DNA of 64,000 nucleotides from Bacteroidota bacterium (GTDB lineage Bacteria; Bacteroidota; Bacteroidia; Bacteroidales; VadinHA17): NCBI GenBank assembly GCA_029564935.1, contig JAKQPD010000406.1, positions 152 to 64,151 of the forward strand, read 5' to 3'. Shown piece by piece: positions 63,235 to 64,000 of this stretch (position 1 is its first letter; each line of letters starts with the position of its first letter). The notes under the pieces were generated by a model. It saw only the letters and a program-made list of their open reading frames with translations, ran no database searches and was not told where the DNA came from. The position numbers and the translations under genes were made by a program.

Positions 63235-64000
63235 CTATTCCTCGCTCAAAGTCCTTGCCGCATCAATCTGAGTAGCCCTTAGCGCCGGCACCCAGCTTGC
63301 AATCATCCACAATACCGGGAAAATAATTATTGTATAAATGAAAAGATTCCATAAAGGTTTAATATCCCCGGCTGTAAACATGAATATCTCTTTACCGAAA
63401 TATTCTGCAATCCATGTGCCGGCAAAGAAACCAATGATCCCGCCAATCAGTCCGAGTATAAATGCCTTTGTGAGGAACATTATCAATATACCGTCATTAC
63501 CGGTACCCATTGCCTTCATCAGACCTATTTCATGCCGCCGGCCTGTAACATTCTGATAAAAGAGCAGCCCGGTTATAAGCAGACATGTAATAATTATGAA
63601 CGGAATAATAAATGCTCCGTACTTATTCATCATTAGCCTCTGGTTCTCACGGGCATCGGCAATGCTTGACATTTCAGTCACTTCAAGATCGGCAAAAATT
63701 GCCTGTACCTGTTTACGGGCATTATTGATACGGCCGTCATGACAAACACAACCCAGAGCTTCAATTTTGTTGATCTGTCCTTCCATGCCCAGGATTATCT
63801 GCAGATCATGAAGGTTGAAAGCTACTCCCTGATCGATCATCCCCTTCCCTTCAGTAAGTCTTTTTGCTATTTCAAATGTGTATTGTTTACCGTCATTCCC
63901 GGTTATTGTAAAGGGTGATCCTTCAGGAATATTTCTTGACAGAAGTGAACCTGCATGAACTGTTCCTTTGGCCACATCGGTACCCATTATCTCCTGTTTA
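63235..64000 (-). CDS. ABC transporter permease (FtsX/MacB-like), 5'-truncated by the window edge
   Basis: Periplasmic MacB-like region followed by 3 C-terminal TM helices (FtsX domain). The reading frame stays open to position 64000. Confidence 0.8.
   Translation of the reverse strand, partial: KQEIMGTDVAKGTVHAGSLLSRNIPEGSPFTITGNDGKQYTFEIAKRLTEGKGMIDQGVAFNLHDLQIILGMEGQINKIEALGCVCHDGRINNARKQVQAIFADLEVTEMSSIADARENQRLMMNKYGAFIIPFIIITCLLITGLLFYQNVTGRRHEIGLMKAMGTGNDGILIMFLTKAFILGLIGGIIGFFAGTWIAEYFGKEIFMFTAGDIKPLWNLFIYTIIIFPVLWMIASWVPALRATQIDAARTLSEE

Overview
This 64-kb chromosomal window looks like an anaerobic Bacteroidota genome. Supporting signs are a T9SS C-terminal sorting domain, a DUF6443-type Rhs protein, a DUF3127 protein, TAnnTTTG-type -7 promoter boxes and weak Shine-Dalgarno signals. 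No rRNA, tRNA or CRISPR array was seen.

Contents from left to right:
1. 29-8501, minus strand: a visibly AT-rich four-gene cassette. It encodes a T9SS-CTD protein, a 1152-aa SpvB/TcB-like protein, a 1112-aa Rhs polymorphic toxin and a small lipoprotein that is probably the immunity protein.
2. 9.0-14.3 kb: a small HTH protein, an HD-domain protein, dinB and a SNF2-family helicase.
3. 14.3-38.4 kb: a hydrogen and redox region.
   - hydCBA encodes a trimeric [FeFe]-hydrogenase with a minimal NuoF-like beta subunit.
   - rex-hypFCDE follows.
   - Divergent from rex is an 18-gene operon. It joins an AsrA/AsrB-type (sulfhydrogenase beta/gamma-like) NAD(P)H module and a HycB-like ferredoxin to a group-4 [NiFe]-hydrogenase with intact Ni-Fe cysteine motifs, a complete Mrp-type antiporter set, a HycI-type protease and an unknown Zn-ribbon protein.
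   - I rate this operon the most interesting candidate system in the window.
4. 38.5-52.8 kb: housekeeping genes, namely tkt, a HAD hydrolase, a TAT-exported sugar-phosphate isomerase, an MnmC/MnmD-like methyltransferase, an FKBP PPIase, a DUF3127 protein, a YncE-propeller/phosphoesterase fusion and purL.
5. 53.0-58.0 kb: an hdrC-hdrB-hdrA-like operon. It continues into a small HdrC-like protein and a 633-aa fusion of a membrane domain with an HdrD-like domain.
6. 58.6-64.0 kb: a 1243-aa secreted LamG-domain protein and a MacB/LolCDE-type ABC pair.

The intergenic space is unusual. At least six loci carry head-to-tail arrays of GC-rich 7-9-bp units (GGCGTGA, GGCTCAG, GGCGCAGG, GGCGTTAG, GCACGACC, TTTAGGCAC). 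One array ends in a textbook G-quadruplex motif. There are also a two-copy REP-like hairpin element and a roughly 220-bp nested inverted-repeat element.

All functional calls come from motif recognition by eye. No database search was run.
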